Shown one piece after another: positions 25,599-35,897 of a DNA stretch of 45,588 bases; the stretch's first letter is position 1, and every line of letters begins with the position of its first letter. The translations under genes were made by a program, and so were the position numbers. Below the pieces are notes generated by a model. It had not been told where the DNA came from and did no database searches. It was given only the letters and a program-made list of their open reading frames with translations. This DNA is from a virus (Duplodnaviria; Caudoviricetes): positions 1 to 45,588 of the IMG/VR virus record IMGVR_UViG_3300025846_000023; one strand, given 5' to 3'.

Positions 25599-28487
25599 AT
25601 GATAATATCCGATTTACTCGCATACGTCGACGCGGTAAAGCCGAACAGCTTCGACACGCCGACAAAAATAATATGGCTCAACGAAATCGAAGGCATGGTG
25701 CAGACCGACATAATGCTGGTCGCTTCTGCCGACATAATCGCATACGCCGCAACCGATACCACTGTGACGCTGCTCGTACCGCCTCCGCACGACAAACTTT
25801 ATCGGTCGTATTTGTGCGCAATGATAGATTTTGCGAACGGCGAATACACGAAATACAATAACGCTATGCAGATGTTCAATCGGCAATACAACGAACTCGT
25901 TGAATGGTATGCGCGCGTATATAGACCCGCTGACGGCATTGCAGTATGGCAGGGTTATTATATATCCGCTTACGGTATCGCGGTCAGTCACGGGTACATA
26001 GGCGACGAGGTTGCATGGCTCACTACACTTAAAGGCGGCACGGGCGGCACGGGTGATACAGGCGATACAGGCAAATCGGCATATGATTTAGCCGTTGAAG
26101 GCGGCTATATGGGTATAGAAGCGGCGTTTAATGCGAAAATCGCAAGTGACGCTACGAAACTTGATGCAACCGATATCATCAATGACACTTTTACGGGCGG
26201 CGCGACGAGCGTGTTGAGTGCGGAAGCGGGCAAGTGGCTTGGTATGCAATTGGTAAATATTCCAAGTCAAACATATATAACTGAAAAAGCAAAAACAGTT
26301 GATATGAATGCCGCACTTACCCTACGAGACGATGCGATAGCAGCTATTGCAAGCGGTTCGCCAAAAGCAGTTTATGCGACAGTGGCGGCTTTGACCGCGG
26401 CGATACCGGCAGGAAATACAAACGTATATGTTGTTACCGCAGACGGTAACTGGTATTACTGGAACGGCACGGCATGGACGGCGGGTGGGATGTATCAGGC
26501 GACGGGAATTGCAGATAAAAGTATTAGCGGCGCAAAATTAGACGTACGTCTTAATTATGCCACTATATTGTTAAGCGATTCTCCCACTTTACCAAATTTT
26601 AATACAGCAGCTAAAACCTTAACATTCTATACGGGCACATTAGGAATACTCATTTTTGCAGTCGGCACATACTACATTGTATCTGGTGCTGATGTAGTTA
26701 TTGATTTAACAGTTCCGGGCGGTAGCAGCGCAGGTATAGTTTTATTTAATATTGGCACAAACACATTCAGGACTTTGGCATATAGTTCTTTTGCGTCGGC
26801 TCTTACGGGCGAAGTTTTAATCGCAACTTTTAGATATGTTTTAAATGGGATATACAATCCTGTAATGATGTGTGAGTTTACTATTGACCAAGCGACGAGA
26901 ATTGCCGATAACTCTGTTACAAATGCAAAATTAAGCGGAATAAATAACGGGAATATCAGTTTTTCTTCATATTCAAAAGATATGGTTGTAGTTAAAAGCG
27001 GGACAACCATTATAATTACAATAACAAGTATAAGCGGTATATTTATTACATTTTCTGATATGACGATAAAGTCGTTAGGACGCTATGGAAATGCGACTAT
27101 CTTGACTTACCTTCCCGTCTTTGGAAATGGCATAATATGGCAAGATGGAACAAAAGAGGTTATTATAATAACAATTCCGCATAACAGTTGTTTGGTATAT
27201 GATAAGAACGACAATACATTTAAAGTTGTCCTTAACACAGCAACATTAGCACATCAAACGGCGATTGCGTTTTGCCATAACGGAGAATTAAAATTCAGTC
27301 CCTTATACGAGTACGGGCAATTTTGGGACAGTAAAACTAATGTAACAAATATATCATCGTTAGATACAAGGGTTAGCGCGTTAGATACAAGGGTCAGCGC
27401 GATAGATACAAGGGTTAGCGCGATAGAAAGTGACGGCGCAATTCCGTCCTACTGGAATACAGAAATTGATGCAGTAATAAGCAGTGTTGCTACATTACAA
27501 CGCACGGCTGGGATTAACGGAATGAGTTTTGCATTTATCACCGACATTCACAATACAAACAATGCGGGAAAAAGTCCTCCGTTGATAAAGAAAATCATGG
27601 ATTCTTGCCACATAAAATATTGGTTAAGCGGCGGAGATATAGCAACCGATGGAGCGTTGGGTACGAAAGCGGCGACTATAGCTGATTTATTGGATATCGA
27701 GAGCAAGTTTGTGGCATTAGCTGGTAATTGGTTGAGGGTCGAGGGCAATCACGATGTTGCGTATTCGACGTTAGGTGCGCCAAATTATTACAAGCAAAAC
27801 CTAACTCCCGGAGATATGTACGATGTTTATTACCGCGATTTAGCATTAAACAATAATGTTAAATCAAGCCCAAGCGGTGATTATTTCTTTGCCGACGATG
27901 ATACTCAAAAAATAAGGTATATCGGTTTAGACAGTCAGGATAAGTTATATTCGGAAGACGTAGACGGCCGCGCAATTGACAATAAGATGTGGAGTTTTAC
28001 ATTCAGGCAGGACCAAATAACGTGGTTTGCAAATACCGCCCTAAACGTGCCGACTGCCGATTGGTCGATTGTTGTATTCAGTCATGTACCTCCCGGAGAA
28101 TTAGCGATGACCGGCAGTGACCTTATTATCGCTAATTATGACTTAATGGTCGGTTTATTAAATGCCTTCAGCGGAAACACATCATATACCGGTGTGGGAA
28201 TAAATACAACTTATCCCGCAACCATAACCGCCGATTACACAAGCAAAGGCGGTGAAGTAATTTGCTGGGTTTCGGGTCATGTTCACAGAGATAAATTATT
28301 TACCATTAGCGGTATAAACGTTATAACCACTTTACATGATTCTCTCGCAGTTATGAGCGGTGAAGCTACAAAAACAGCAGGAACAGCAACAGAACAGGCA
28401 TTTGATATATTTACAATTAATAAAACAACACGAACTGTAAACACGACAAGGGTTGGCGCGGGTGCGGATAGAAGTTTCACGTATTAA
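25599..28487 (+). CDS. Virion protein: adaptor-like N-terminus, fibre segments, C-terminal calcineurin-like metallophosphoesterase
   Basis: GKSAYDLAV fibre motif, LDTRVSA heptads, DIH/GD/GNHD/H/GHVH motifs. Confidence 0.8.
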   Translation: MIISDLLAYVDAVKPNSFDTPTKIIWLNEIEGMVQTDIMLVASADIIAYAATDTTVTLLVPPPHDKLYRSYLCAMIDFANGEYTKYNNAMQMFNRQYNELVEWYARVYRPADGIAVWQGYYISAYGIAVSHGYIGDEVAWLTTLKGGTGGTGDTGDTGKSAYDLAVEGGYMGIEAAFNAKIASDATKLDATDIINDTFTGGATSVLSAEAGKWLGMQLVNIPSQTYITEKAKTVDMNAALTLRDDAIAAIASGSPKAVYATVAALTAAIPAGNTNVYVVTADGNWYYWNGTAWTAGGMYQATGIADKSISGAKLDVRLNYATILLSDSPTLPNFNTAAKTLTFYTGTLGILIFAVGTYYIVSGADVVIDLTVPGGSSAGIVLFNIGTNTFRTLAYSSFASALTGEVLIATFRYVLNGIYNPVMMCEFTIDQATRIADNSVTNAKLSGINNGNISFSSYSKDMVVVKSGTTIIITITSISGIFITFSDMTIKSLGRYGNATILTYLPVFGNGIIWQDGTKEVIIITIPHNSCLVYDKNDNTFKVVLNTATLAHQTAIAFCHNGELKFSPLYEYGQFWDSKTNVTNISSLDTRVSALDTRVSAIDTRVSAIESDGAIPSYWNTEIDAVISSVATLQRTAGINGMSFAFITDIHNTNNAGKSPPLIKKIMDSCHIKYWLSGGDIATDGALGTKAATIADLLDIESKFVALAGNWLRVEGNHDVAYSTLGAPNYYKQNLTPGDMYDVYYRDLALNNNVKSSPSGDYFFADDDTQKIRYIGLDSQDKLYSEDVDGRAIDNKMWSFTFRQDQITWFANTALNVPTADWSIVVFSHVPPGELAMTGSDLIIANYDLMVGLLNAFSGNTSYTGVGINTTYPATITADYTSKGGEVICWVSGHVHRDKLFTISGINVITTLHDSLAVMSGEATKTAGTATEQAFDIFTINKTTRTVNTTRVGAGADRSFTY
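27360..27422 (+). repeat. Three 21-bp in-frame repeats (LDTRVSA heptads)
   Basis: TTAGATACAAGGGTTAGCGCG x3 with single mismatches. Confidence 0.9.
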
Positions 28488-28585
28488 TTCTATCACACGG
28501 CAAATATAAAATAATATTATATCACGGCACAGACCTATAATAAATTATAATATCGGAGGGCGACAAATGAAAGGTGATGATGTAA

Positions 28586-29056
28586 ATGGCTGATAGTACA
28601 GAGAAAAAGGAAGTGTCGGATCCTTCTGTTAATGTAATTGCGCTAATTGAGAGTGTTGTAAAACATCTTGAATTTATGCTCACGGCAATAGAGAAACGGA
28701 TGGATGCCGAATCGGCGCGCATTAACGAGCTCCGCGCAGTGGATATTGCCGCCGTCGCAACCGCCAACGAACGAGCGGTAAAACAAGCAGAGGTGTTGGC
28801 AACATCGGTGGCTACAAACGCCGAGACGCTTCGTGCGTCGGTCGCAAAAACTGCTGATACTATTGCGGTACAGCTCCAACAAATCACAGACCGGCAAAAC
28901 GAAAAAATCGCGGCGATAGAAAAAATCCAGAATGAAAATGTAGGCAAGTCGGGAGGGTCATTAATGACTTCGGCGCAGTTTCGAAACGGTATTATAACCA
29001 TTGGTGCTATACTTTCAATCCTTGGTTTAATATTAACATATTTTTATAAGGGGTAA
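28586..29056 (+). CDS. Coiled-coil protein with C-terminal TM helix (XhlA-like architecture)
   Basis: GIITIGAILSILGLILTYF; directly upstream of endolysin. Confidence 0.55.
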   Translation: MADSTEKKEVSDPSVNVIALIESVVKHLEFMLTAIEKRMDAESARINELRAVDIAAVATANERAVKQAEVLATSVATNAETLRASVAKTADTIAVQLQQITDRQNEKIAAIEKIQNENVGKSGGSLMTSAQFRNGIITIGAILSILGLILTYFYKG

Positions 29057-29059
29057 ATA

Positions 29060-29902
29060 ATGAAAGGCATAGACATATCGCATAATAACGGCGTAATAGA
29101 CTTCGCAAAAGTTAAAGCGTCCGGTATAGACTTTGCTATGATCCGGGCGGGTTATGGTGGGGCGGTGGACGGGCAGTTTCACAACAACATTAAAAACGCT
29201 CAAGCAGTTGGTATTGACTGCGGCTCGTACTGGTTCAGTTATGCGACAAACCGCGCTGAAGCAATCGCCGAGGCAAGAATGTTTCTTGCAACAATCAGAC
29301 CATATCAGTTTACATATCCGCTTGCGTTTGATTATGAATACGACAGCGTCGATTACGCAAAAAAGCGCGGCATAACAATTACGTCCGGGCTTGCCTGCGA
29401 CATTGCGGACGGGTTTATGTCAACGGTCGCGACTGCGGGATATTATGTCGTAAATTATACGAATGTCGATTTTATCACGCGCTATTTCACAGGTCCGCGT
29501 ATGGGGAAATATGAGATATGGCTTGCACGGTGGACGGCAAATAAGCCCGCAAACGTTACGGGGCTGTGGCAAAACGAAGTCAGAGGGAGCGCGGCTGATG
29601 CTGCAGCAGGGTGCGCATCGGTTGTCGGCGGTCTGGGCGGCGTGACCGGCGCCATCGACATGGATATATCCTATAAGGATTACCCGACGATAATTCGCAG
29701 TCTGGGGTTGAATCATCTGGCGACAGTTCCGGCGCCAGCGATTAAGCCCGCGCCTGTAATAAAGCCGCCTGTAAAGGCTGAACCCGATTATGCTGCAATC
29801 GTCACAGATAAATGCGGGCTGCAATCACCCACCGTGGACTACATAAACCGTTATACATTCGCAAAAGATTTATGGCGTAAAATTAGTGAAAAATTGAAAT
29901 GA
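29060..29902 (+). CDS. Endolysin, GH25 muramidase
   Basis: KGIDISHNNG.IDF..VK, AFDYE, IDMD. Confidence 0.92.
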   Translation: MKGIDISHNNGVIDFAKVKASGIDFAMIRAGYGGAVDGQFHNNIKNAQAVGIDCGSYWFSYATNRAEAIAEARMFLATIRPYQFTYPLAFDYEYDSVDYAKKRGITITSGLACDIADGFMSTVATAGYYVVNYTNVDFITRYFTGPRMGKYEIWLARWTANKPANVTGLWQNEVRGSAADAAAGCASVVGGLGGVTGAIDMDISYKDYPTIIRSLGLNHLATVPAPAIKPAPVIKPPVKAEPDYAAIVTDKCGLQSPTVDYINRYTFAKDLWRKISEKLK

Positions 29903-29933
29903 TTACACCGGCACAGCCGGAGGAAGATAAATC

Positions 29934-30314
29934 ATGATAGACCTTACGCAAATTGCACAAGCTTTAATCGCGCTGCTGAGCGTGATTATTACAGTGATAC
30001 TGATACCGTTTATCCGTCGTAAAGCAAGCATGGCGCAACAGGCGCAAATTCAGTCTTGGATTAACGTGGCAGTTTACGCTGCGTCGCAAATATTCAACAC
30101 GGCAGGCGTGGGTTCAGAAAAGAAGGAATATGTACTTGAATTTTTACAGGCGCAGGGCATTACATACGACGCGACCGCCATTGACGCCATGATTGAAGCC
30201 TCTGTGAAAAAGCTGAACATTCAACAGGAGGCGGCCGCTTCGGTTGCTTCGGTTGCTTCCACTGTTGCGGGTTCGGAGGCCGAAACGATCGTCGTAAAAC
30301 TTCCCAGCAAATAA
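29934..30314 (+). CDS. Holin (LL-H-like)
   Basis: N-terminal TM, AVYAASQ..GSEKKEYV...IEASV. Confidence 0.85.
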   Translation: MIDLTQIAQALIALLSVIITVILIPFIRRKASMAQQAQIQSWINVAVYAASQIFNTAGVGSEKKEYVLEFLQAQGITYDATAIDAMIEASVKKLNIQQEAAASVASVASTVAGSEAETIVVKLPSK

Positions 30315-30329
30315 GAGGGGCGATAAGAG

Positions 30330-30542
30330 ATGAATGATGGAATTAGGGGCATGAAAAACACAATCGGGGCGGAGAAGTGGCGGGGCGACTTAGTGTGTAG
30401 CGAATGCGGAAAGTTTATCAGAAGTGCCAATAAAATAGGCAGTTACATACAGTTCGGCTGTTTTGGTGACATTTATGTATGCGGGTGCGGAAACGTTGTT
30501 CAGGTAACAAATTACAACTATCTCGAAAAAGAGGTGATATAA
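30330..30542 (+). CDS. Zn-ribbon hypothetical protein
   Basis: CSECG...CGCG. Confidence 0.5.
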   Translation: MNDGIRGMKNTIGAEKWRGDLVCSECGKFIRSANKIGSYIQFGCFGDIYVCGCGNVVQVTNYNYLEKEVI

Positions 30543-31495
30543 TGCCTGGAAATCTTCTTTATACAGACATAGCGTTCCCGGCAGTTTCGGGTGACGATAC
30601 CAAGCGAGATTTAAAAAATGTCCTCAATTACCTCTACATGCTTCGCGAAGAATTGCGTTATACGATGGGTAATATCGGCGTCGGCAACTTCAATGATACG
30701 GAACTAACGGATCTGTCGAACATCGTAACCAAAGAGTTAAGCATAACCGTGAAAAGCGTTGAGGGTAGCTTGTCACAGATTATAGGCAGAGCAGACGAGA
30801 CCGAAACATCACTGACGTTATTGTCACAATATACAACTGATAATTCAGACGCTATCGCTATCGTTCAGACACAAGCGGACGCGAACGGTTCAAACATATC
30901 GCTGGTCGCCAGTTACACGGGGCAGAACAGCGGCATGTCGCAGGCTTCGTTTGTTCTGTCAGCAATAAACGGTCAATCATATGCGGCGATGAATGCAGAC
31001 CGCATTAACTTTACAGGATTTACAACGTTTATGCGCCCCGCCGACGTGGGTGAATACGGTACAACAACCATCGACGGTGGGCGCATAACGGCAAACTCAC
31101 TTAGTTTTTACAATTTGGCAGATAGACCCACAAATGCCGATACCCTTGCCATATGGGAAAACAGCGGATACAAAACATACATCGACGCAAATGGAGTGTA
31201 TTCCGGTAATTTAACTGGTGTTAATATATATGGTGCGAATTATTACTCATTAAATGGTAATTCACAATTAGAATTATTAGATCAATCCGGAGGCACGTAC
31301 GGAGGTGTTGGATTAACTTTATATAGACAGGGCGGTATGCCAGCTTTTAAAATTAGCAGTGTTTTGCTGAATACAGAATTATATGCCTATGGAGATTTAT
31401 TTTTTCAACATACATCTACTGGAACTAATTATCCTCAAGGCACATGGAATTTTAGTCAGGCAACAGTATCTGGCGTTACTGCTACATTCGGATAA
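30542..31495 (+). CDS. Tail needle/fibre-like structural protein (start at ATG 30542)
   Basis: Coiled coil, then NADRINFTG and TTIDGGRIT tail motifs. Confidence 0.65.
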   Translation: MPGNLLYTDIAFPAVSGDDTKRDLKNVLNYLYMLREELRYTMGNIGVGNFNDTELTDLSNIVTKELSITVKSVEGSLSQIIGRADETETSLTLLSQYTTDNSDAIAIVQTQADANGSNISLVASYTGQNSGMSQASFVLSAINGQSYAAMNADRINFTGFTTFMRPADVGEYGTTTIDGGRITANSLSFYNLADRPTNADTLAIWENSGYKTYIDANGVYSGNLTGVNIYGANYYSLNGNSQLELLDQSGGTYGGVGLTLYRQGGMPAFKISSVLLNTELYAYGDLFFQHTSTGTNYPQGTWNFSQATVSGVTATFG

Positions 31496-31507
31496 GGGGG
31501 CGGGATT

Positions 31508-32107
31508 ATGGCGACTATAGCGCAATATTCGGTCAGTTACAATTCATTTTCTGTCTATGTCACCGGGCTGGATGGAAATTATTCCAGTAGTAACCGATAC
31601 ATTGCGTGGTATGTTAATGGATCGTTTGCCGGTAACTCACCCACCATCTCTGCATACGCAACCCAAAGCCCTATATTCTCTTATTCAGGCTGCACACCGA
31701 ACACCCAATATTATATAGAGGCAAAATGTTATTATTATTCCGGAGGAACACTTACATTTGGTTGGGCTTCGGCGTTATATGTTTACACCACCAGTCCACC
31801 GCGACCGGCATTGTTTTATTGGACTTATACAAAGACAAGCAGAGGTACATTCAACTTAAAAGCATTTGAATGGAATAACCTTACCGCAAATATCAACGCT
31901 ATTCGTTCATATAAAGGCTATTCTGCATATAATTTTACAACCGCATATCAAAATAATACTTTTTACTATTATATGTTTAATGAGGCGGTGTATGTTATAC
32001 AAGGCATACCCGGCTATGGATCATATTTAACTACCGTATCTCACGACGGAATTGTATATGCGGCAGCTTTAAATTCAATCGTCAGTGAATTAAATGCAAT
32101 CTATTAA
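31508..32107 (+). CDS. Tyr-rich putative tail tip protein (FN3-like N-terminus)
   Basis: SGCTPNTQYYIE; tail module context. Confidence 0.5.
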   Translation: MATIAQYSVSYNSFSVYVTGLDGNYSSSNRYIAWYVNGSFAGNSPTISAYATQSPIFSYSGCTPNTQYYIEAKCYYYSGGTLTFGWASALYVYTTSPPRPALFYWTYTKTSRGTFNLKAFEWNNLTANINAIRSYKGYSAYNFTTAYQNNTFYYYMFNEAVYVIQGIPGYGSYLTTVSHDGIVYAAALNSIVSELNAIY

Positions 32108-32125
32108 TTATAGGAGGATAAAATC

Positions 32126-32416
32126 ATGATAACAAACAATATTACATCGTCCACATACACAGGCGGCAGGCGCGTGGAGGTGGTGGAAAATACATATTCG
32201 CCCAGCGACGACATGATGAAGCTCGGACAGCTCCAGAATATGCTCGGTCAGATGATGGCGCGGCAAGAACAGATTCTCACGCAACTCGAAACGGCAGACG
32301 CGGCAACTCGAAGCGGTTACGATGCGGAGCTGTTGCGGCTTGAGAACGAAATGGCTACATACAACATTCTGATTCAGAAGCAGGAAGAATACGTTGACGG
32401 TTACGGTGCTATATAA
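32126..32416 (+). CDS. Hypothetical coiled-coil protein
   Basis: SD AGGAGG. Confidence 0.6.
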   Translation: MITNNITSSTYTGGRRVEVVENTYSPSDDMMKLGQLQNMLGQMMARQEQILTQLETADAATRSGYDAELLRLENEMATYNILIQKQEEYVDGYGAI

Positions 32417-33975
32417 TGCTTCCTACGATGACTTCGCCCGACGGTATAGTTAAGCATACAACATCGTCGTTCGGCGGCTATGATGTAAGGGAAACGTCAC
32501 AGGGCGCAGTAAATATGACAAATATGTCGTCGGATGATTACCCGCTTATGAGTTCGCGCGGTCTGCGGTATAAAGTGTCAACACCTACTGCATTAACGGC
32601 GTTCGGGGCATATGACAAATTATTCTATGTTGATGGTACAAACTTCTATTATGACGGTGCGATTAAAGGCACAGCGACGGCGGGTGCAAAAGCGTTCGCC
32701 GCCTTGAATGCCTACATTATAATCATGCCCGATAAGAAATATTATAAGCCGTCTGACAATACATTCGGTTCGCTTGAAGCTTTATGGACGGGTACAATCG
32801 CGTTCGCCGACGGTCTGCTTTACGGTGAAGTGGCCGTAGCAAATGCGATCACCACTACAGGCGCGGCGTTTCCGTTCATAGCGGGTGATGCCGTTAAGAT
32901 TGCAGGTTGTACGACACGCCCGAATAATAATCAGACAAGCATTATCCGTGAAGTATCGGCGAATAGCAAATCGCTCTATTTCTATGAGAACATATTTGAG
33001 GTCGGCGCAGAGGCGGGAGCGGTAACATTGTCCCGTGATGTGCCGGCAATGGATTTTATATGTGAGTGCAATAATCGTTTATGGGGTTGCAAAGGCGACA
33101 CTATATATTCATCAGCCCTTGGTGATCCAAAGAACTTCAATAGGTTCGACGGCGTTGCAACCGATTCATATGCGGTTGATGTCGGTTCGGCGGGTGACTT
33201 CACAGGTTGCTTCTCATATCTCGGTTATCCGATATTTTTCAAAGAGGATTCAATTTACAAAGTGTATGGTTCGAAACCGTCAAACTATGAGGCAATGGCA
33301 TCGGCTACAATGGGTACGGCTATAGGCAGTCAGCTTTCCTTTGCGATTGCAGGTGAAACCTTATATTATATGTCACGTGCGGGCATCATGGCATACACCG
33401 GCGGCATACCGTCAAACATATCGGCACCGTTCGACGGAGCGCGGCATAAGAATGCTGTGGGCGGCTCGGACGGCATAAAGTATTATGTCTCCATGCAGGA
33501 CAGCGCGAACGCCTGGCATATGTTCGCATTCGACCCGCGGTATAATATGTGGCACCGTGAGGACGCGACGCACGTTATCGGCTTCGGATGGTTCGGTAAC
33601 CTTTATATGGCGGTTACCAATGGTATATGGGTTATCGGTAACCCGGTTGCACCGGCAGGCTCTGTGGCAGAAACTTCGCTTGCATGGCTGTATGAGATGG
33701 GCGATATGTATGAGGGCGACGTTAATAAAAAAGAGATAAAAAAGTTACAATTACGCGCGGAACTTGAAACAGGCGCAACCTTGAAGCTTGAAATATTATA
33801 TGATTCAGGTAGTACGTGGGTACTTGTCAAGGATTTGACCGCCGCCGTTAAGCAATCGTATTATCTGCCGGTGATACCGCATAGGGCAGATCACTTTCGG
33901 CTAAAGCTGTCCGGCACGGGTAAAGTTATATTGAACACGTTGACGCGCGATACGGCTCACGGGAGCGAATTATAA
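32416..33975 (+). CDS. Tail nozzle/stabilisation protein (P22 gp10-like)
   Basis: Beta-rich 519 aa; NNRLWG..IYSSALGDP; podovirus context. Confidence 0.65.
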   Translation: MLPTMTSPDGIVKHTTSSFGGYDVRETSQGAVNMTNMSSDDYPLMSSRGLRYKVSTPTALTAFGAYDKLFYVDGTNFYYDGAIKGTATAGAKAFAALNAYIIIMPDKKYYKPSDNTFGSLEALWTGTIAFADGLLYGEVAVANAITTTGAAFPFIAGDAVKIAGCTTRPNNNQTSIIREVSANSKSLYFYENIFEVGAEAGAVTLSRDVPAMDFICECNNRLWGCKGDTIYSSALGDPKNFNRFDGVATDSYAVDVGSAGDFTGCFSYLGYPIFFKEDSIYKVYGSKPSNYEAMASATMGTAIGSQLSFAIAGETLYYMSRAGIMAYTGGIPSNISAPFDGARHKNAVGGSDGIKYYVSMQDSANAWHMFAFDPRYNMWHREDATHVIGFGWFGNLYMAVTNGIWVIGNPVAPAGSVAETSLAWLYEMGDMYEGDVNKKEIKKLQLRAELETGATLKLEILYDSGSTWVLVKDLTAAVKQSYYLPVIPHRADHFRLKLSGTGKVILNTLTRDTAHGSEL

Positions 33976-33992
33976 TGAGGGAGGCTTAATTT

Positions 33993-35888
33993 ATGGCATA
34001 TACATATGACGATTTTACGTCAATGATGAAAGGCGCGGGACTGACCGAAAGCCAGTTTTCGCGGTACGATTTAGATTTAGCAAAGAGTAATCCCAACTTC
34101 GGCATAGGGCTTATATCCGCTAAAAAAGATTATATGGCGGCGACAACTCCCGACGCGCGGGCATTAGCCAACGCCGACGCGGAATCTATCCGTACCAAAT
34201 ACGGCAATTATACCGGAGGCTCTACAGGTACATCGTATAAGCCGGGCGGTCCTACACCATCATCGTTTAAAGCAGACGCTGCTCCGACGTATACGCCCAA
34301 AACGCCGTCATCGTTTACTCCAAAGGCGGCTCCGACGTATACGCCTGAACCTGCATATAAGAATCTTGAGGTAGCACCGACATATATGCCCGAACCGGCA
34401 TACAATAATCAATATTCCGATAAGCAGTCACAGTTGCTCAACGATATAACCAGTTATAAGCCATTCGAGTTTAACGCTGACACGAACCCGCAAATGCAGG
34501 CTTACACGAAGCAGTATTCGCGCGAGGGAGATCGTGCCATGCAGGACACGCTCGGCTCTGCGGCGGCTGCTACGGGCGGTATGCCATCGACAGCGGCAGT
34601 ATCTGCGGCAGGACAGGCTAATGATTATTATATGGGTCAGCTTGGTGATAAGTTGCCGCAGATATATGAATCCGAATATAATAAGTATCTTAGTGATTTT
34701 AATATGCAGAATCAGAAGCTTACGGCGGTCAACGGTCAGGAACAAATTGACTATTCGCGGTACTGGGACGGCAAGAATTTCAACTGGGATAAATATTTAT
34801 CGGAGGTTGACCAGAGCAATAATAACCGAGATTTCGGATATAAGCAATACACTGACAACAAGAATTTCAATTATGATACGTATTTGAACGACCTCAATCA
34901 GTCGAATAACAACCGTGACTTCGGGTATCAACAATTTACCGATAACAAAAATTTCGACTATAACGCACACTTGAATGACCTCAATCAAAGTAATAACAAT
35001 AGAGATTTCAGCTATGGGCAGTATACCGATAATATCACGAATGCGCAGAACGTTGACAATGTAGCATACGGCAGAACGCTTGATGCGGCTACAACAAAAA
35101 CTAATGCAGAGCAGACCGCCTATAACAGACAACTTGACGCGGCTTCGGGTGCAGCGGCGGCAAAGCAGAACGAATTTGACAACCAATATAAAATTGACAC
35201 GCTTAACGCTGATGCAAAGACTACGAAATTTAATCAGATGATGGATAAATTCCAATCACTCCAGTATGCCGATGCGGAGATAGCCGGCGTACTCGGCGTC
35301 CCGGAAGGTACACCATATGGCGGCACATTGACACAGTTGGCGGTCGACCAGGCGAAAGCGAACATTGCGCAAACTTATAAGCAAACGGCAAATATAGGCA
35401 AAACAAGCGGTGGTGTAGGCGGCGGCACAATTACAGCCGCACAAATCAGCGACGCATGGGGCAGAGTAATAGCCGGTACCGAAACCGGGGCAGACCTTGC
35501 GCTACTTGGAGAAGCGGGAATATCCGATAAGTTAATCAGCGACGCAAGAAGTGGCGGCGGCGGGAACACAGGCAACATAGACGCAGTCATTGCGGATGTA
35601 CAGAATAGCAACTGGACAAAATCAAATGTCGATGCACTTGTTGCCGGCGGGTACAGTTTAGATGTATTGAAGGCAGATCCATTCAGCTGGGATGGCGTGT
35701 ATACAGACGGTACAGCGGCTCCGGCAGCAAACGGCGATACATCATGGCTTGACGCATACGACAAGTTATCCCTTGATAAACTCGGTATGCCGAATATAAC
35801 CGAAGCACAGGTAATCTCTATAATAAACAATCCGAAATATGCATCGTGGGTTGGCAGTAACGGAAAAATGTTTTTTAAACTCAGATAA
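33993..35888 (+). CDS. Internal virion/ejection protein
   Basis: Ala/Gln/Asn-rich helical protein with repeats, between nozzle and giant protein. Confidence 0.6.
   Translation: MAYTYDDFTSMMKGAGLTESQFSRYDLDLAKSNPNFGIGLISAKKDYMAATTPDARALANADAESIRTKYGNYTGGSTGTSYKPGGPTPSSFKADAAPTYTPKTPSSFTPKAAPTYTPEPAYKNLEVAPTYMPEPAYNNQYSDKQSQLLNDITSYKPFEFNADTNPQMQAYTKQYSREGDRAMQDTLGSAAAATGGMPSTAAVSAAGQANDYYMGQLGDKLPQIYESEYNKYLSDFNMQNQKLTAVNGQEQIDYSRYWDGKNFNWDKYLSEVDQSNNNRDFGYKQYTDNKNFNYDTYLNDLNQSNNNRDFGYQQFTDNKNFDYNAHLNDLNQSNNNRDFSYGQYTDNITNAQNVDNVAYGRTLDAATTKTNAEQTAYNRQLDAASGAAAAKQNEFDNQYKIDTLNADAKTTKFNQMMDKFQSLQYADAEIAGVLGVPEGTPYGGTLTQLAVDQAKANIAQTYKQTANIGKTSGGVGGGTITAAQISDAWGRVIAGTETGADLALLGEAGISDKLISDARSGGGGNTGNIDAVIADVQNSNWTKSNVDALVAGGYSLDVLKADPFSWDGVYTDGTAAPAANGDTSWLDAYDKLSLDKLGMPNITEAQVISIINNPKYASWVGSNGKMFFKLR
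34809..35033 (+). repeat. Three ~87-bp (29-aa) in-frame repeats QSNNNRDF.Y.Q.TDN
   Basis: Visible in translation; synonymous divergence in DNA. Confidence 0.85.
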
Positions 35889-35897
35889 GGAGCAATC

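Noticed and set aside
25599-32107. Diversity-generating retroelement targeting tail genes
   Set aside because: No reverse transcriptase ORF and no TR/VR pair noticed
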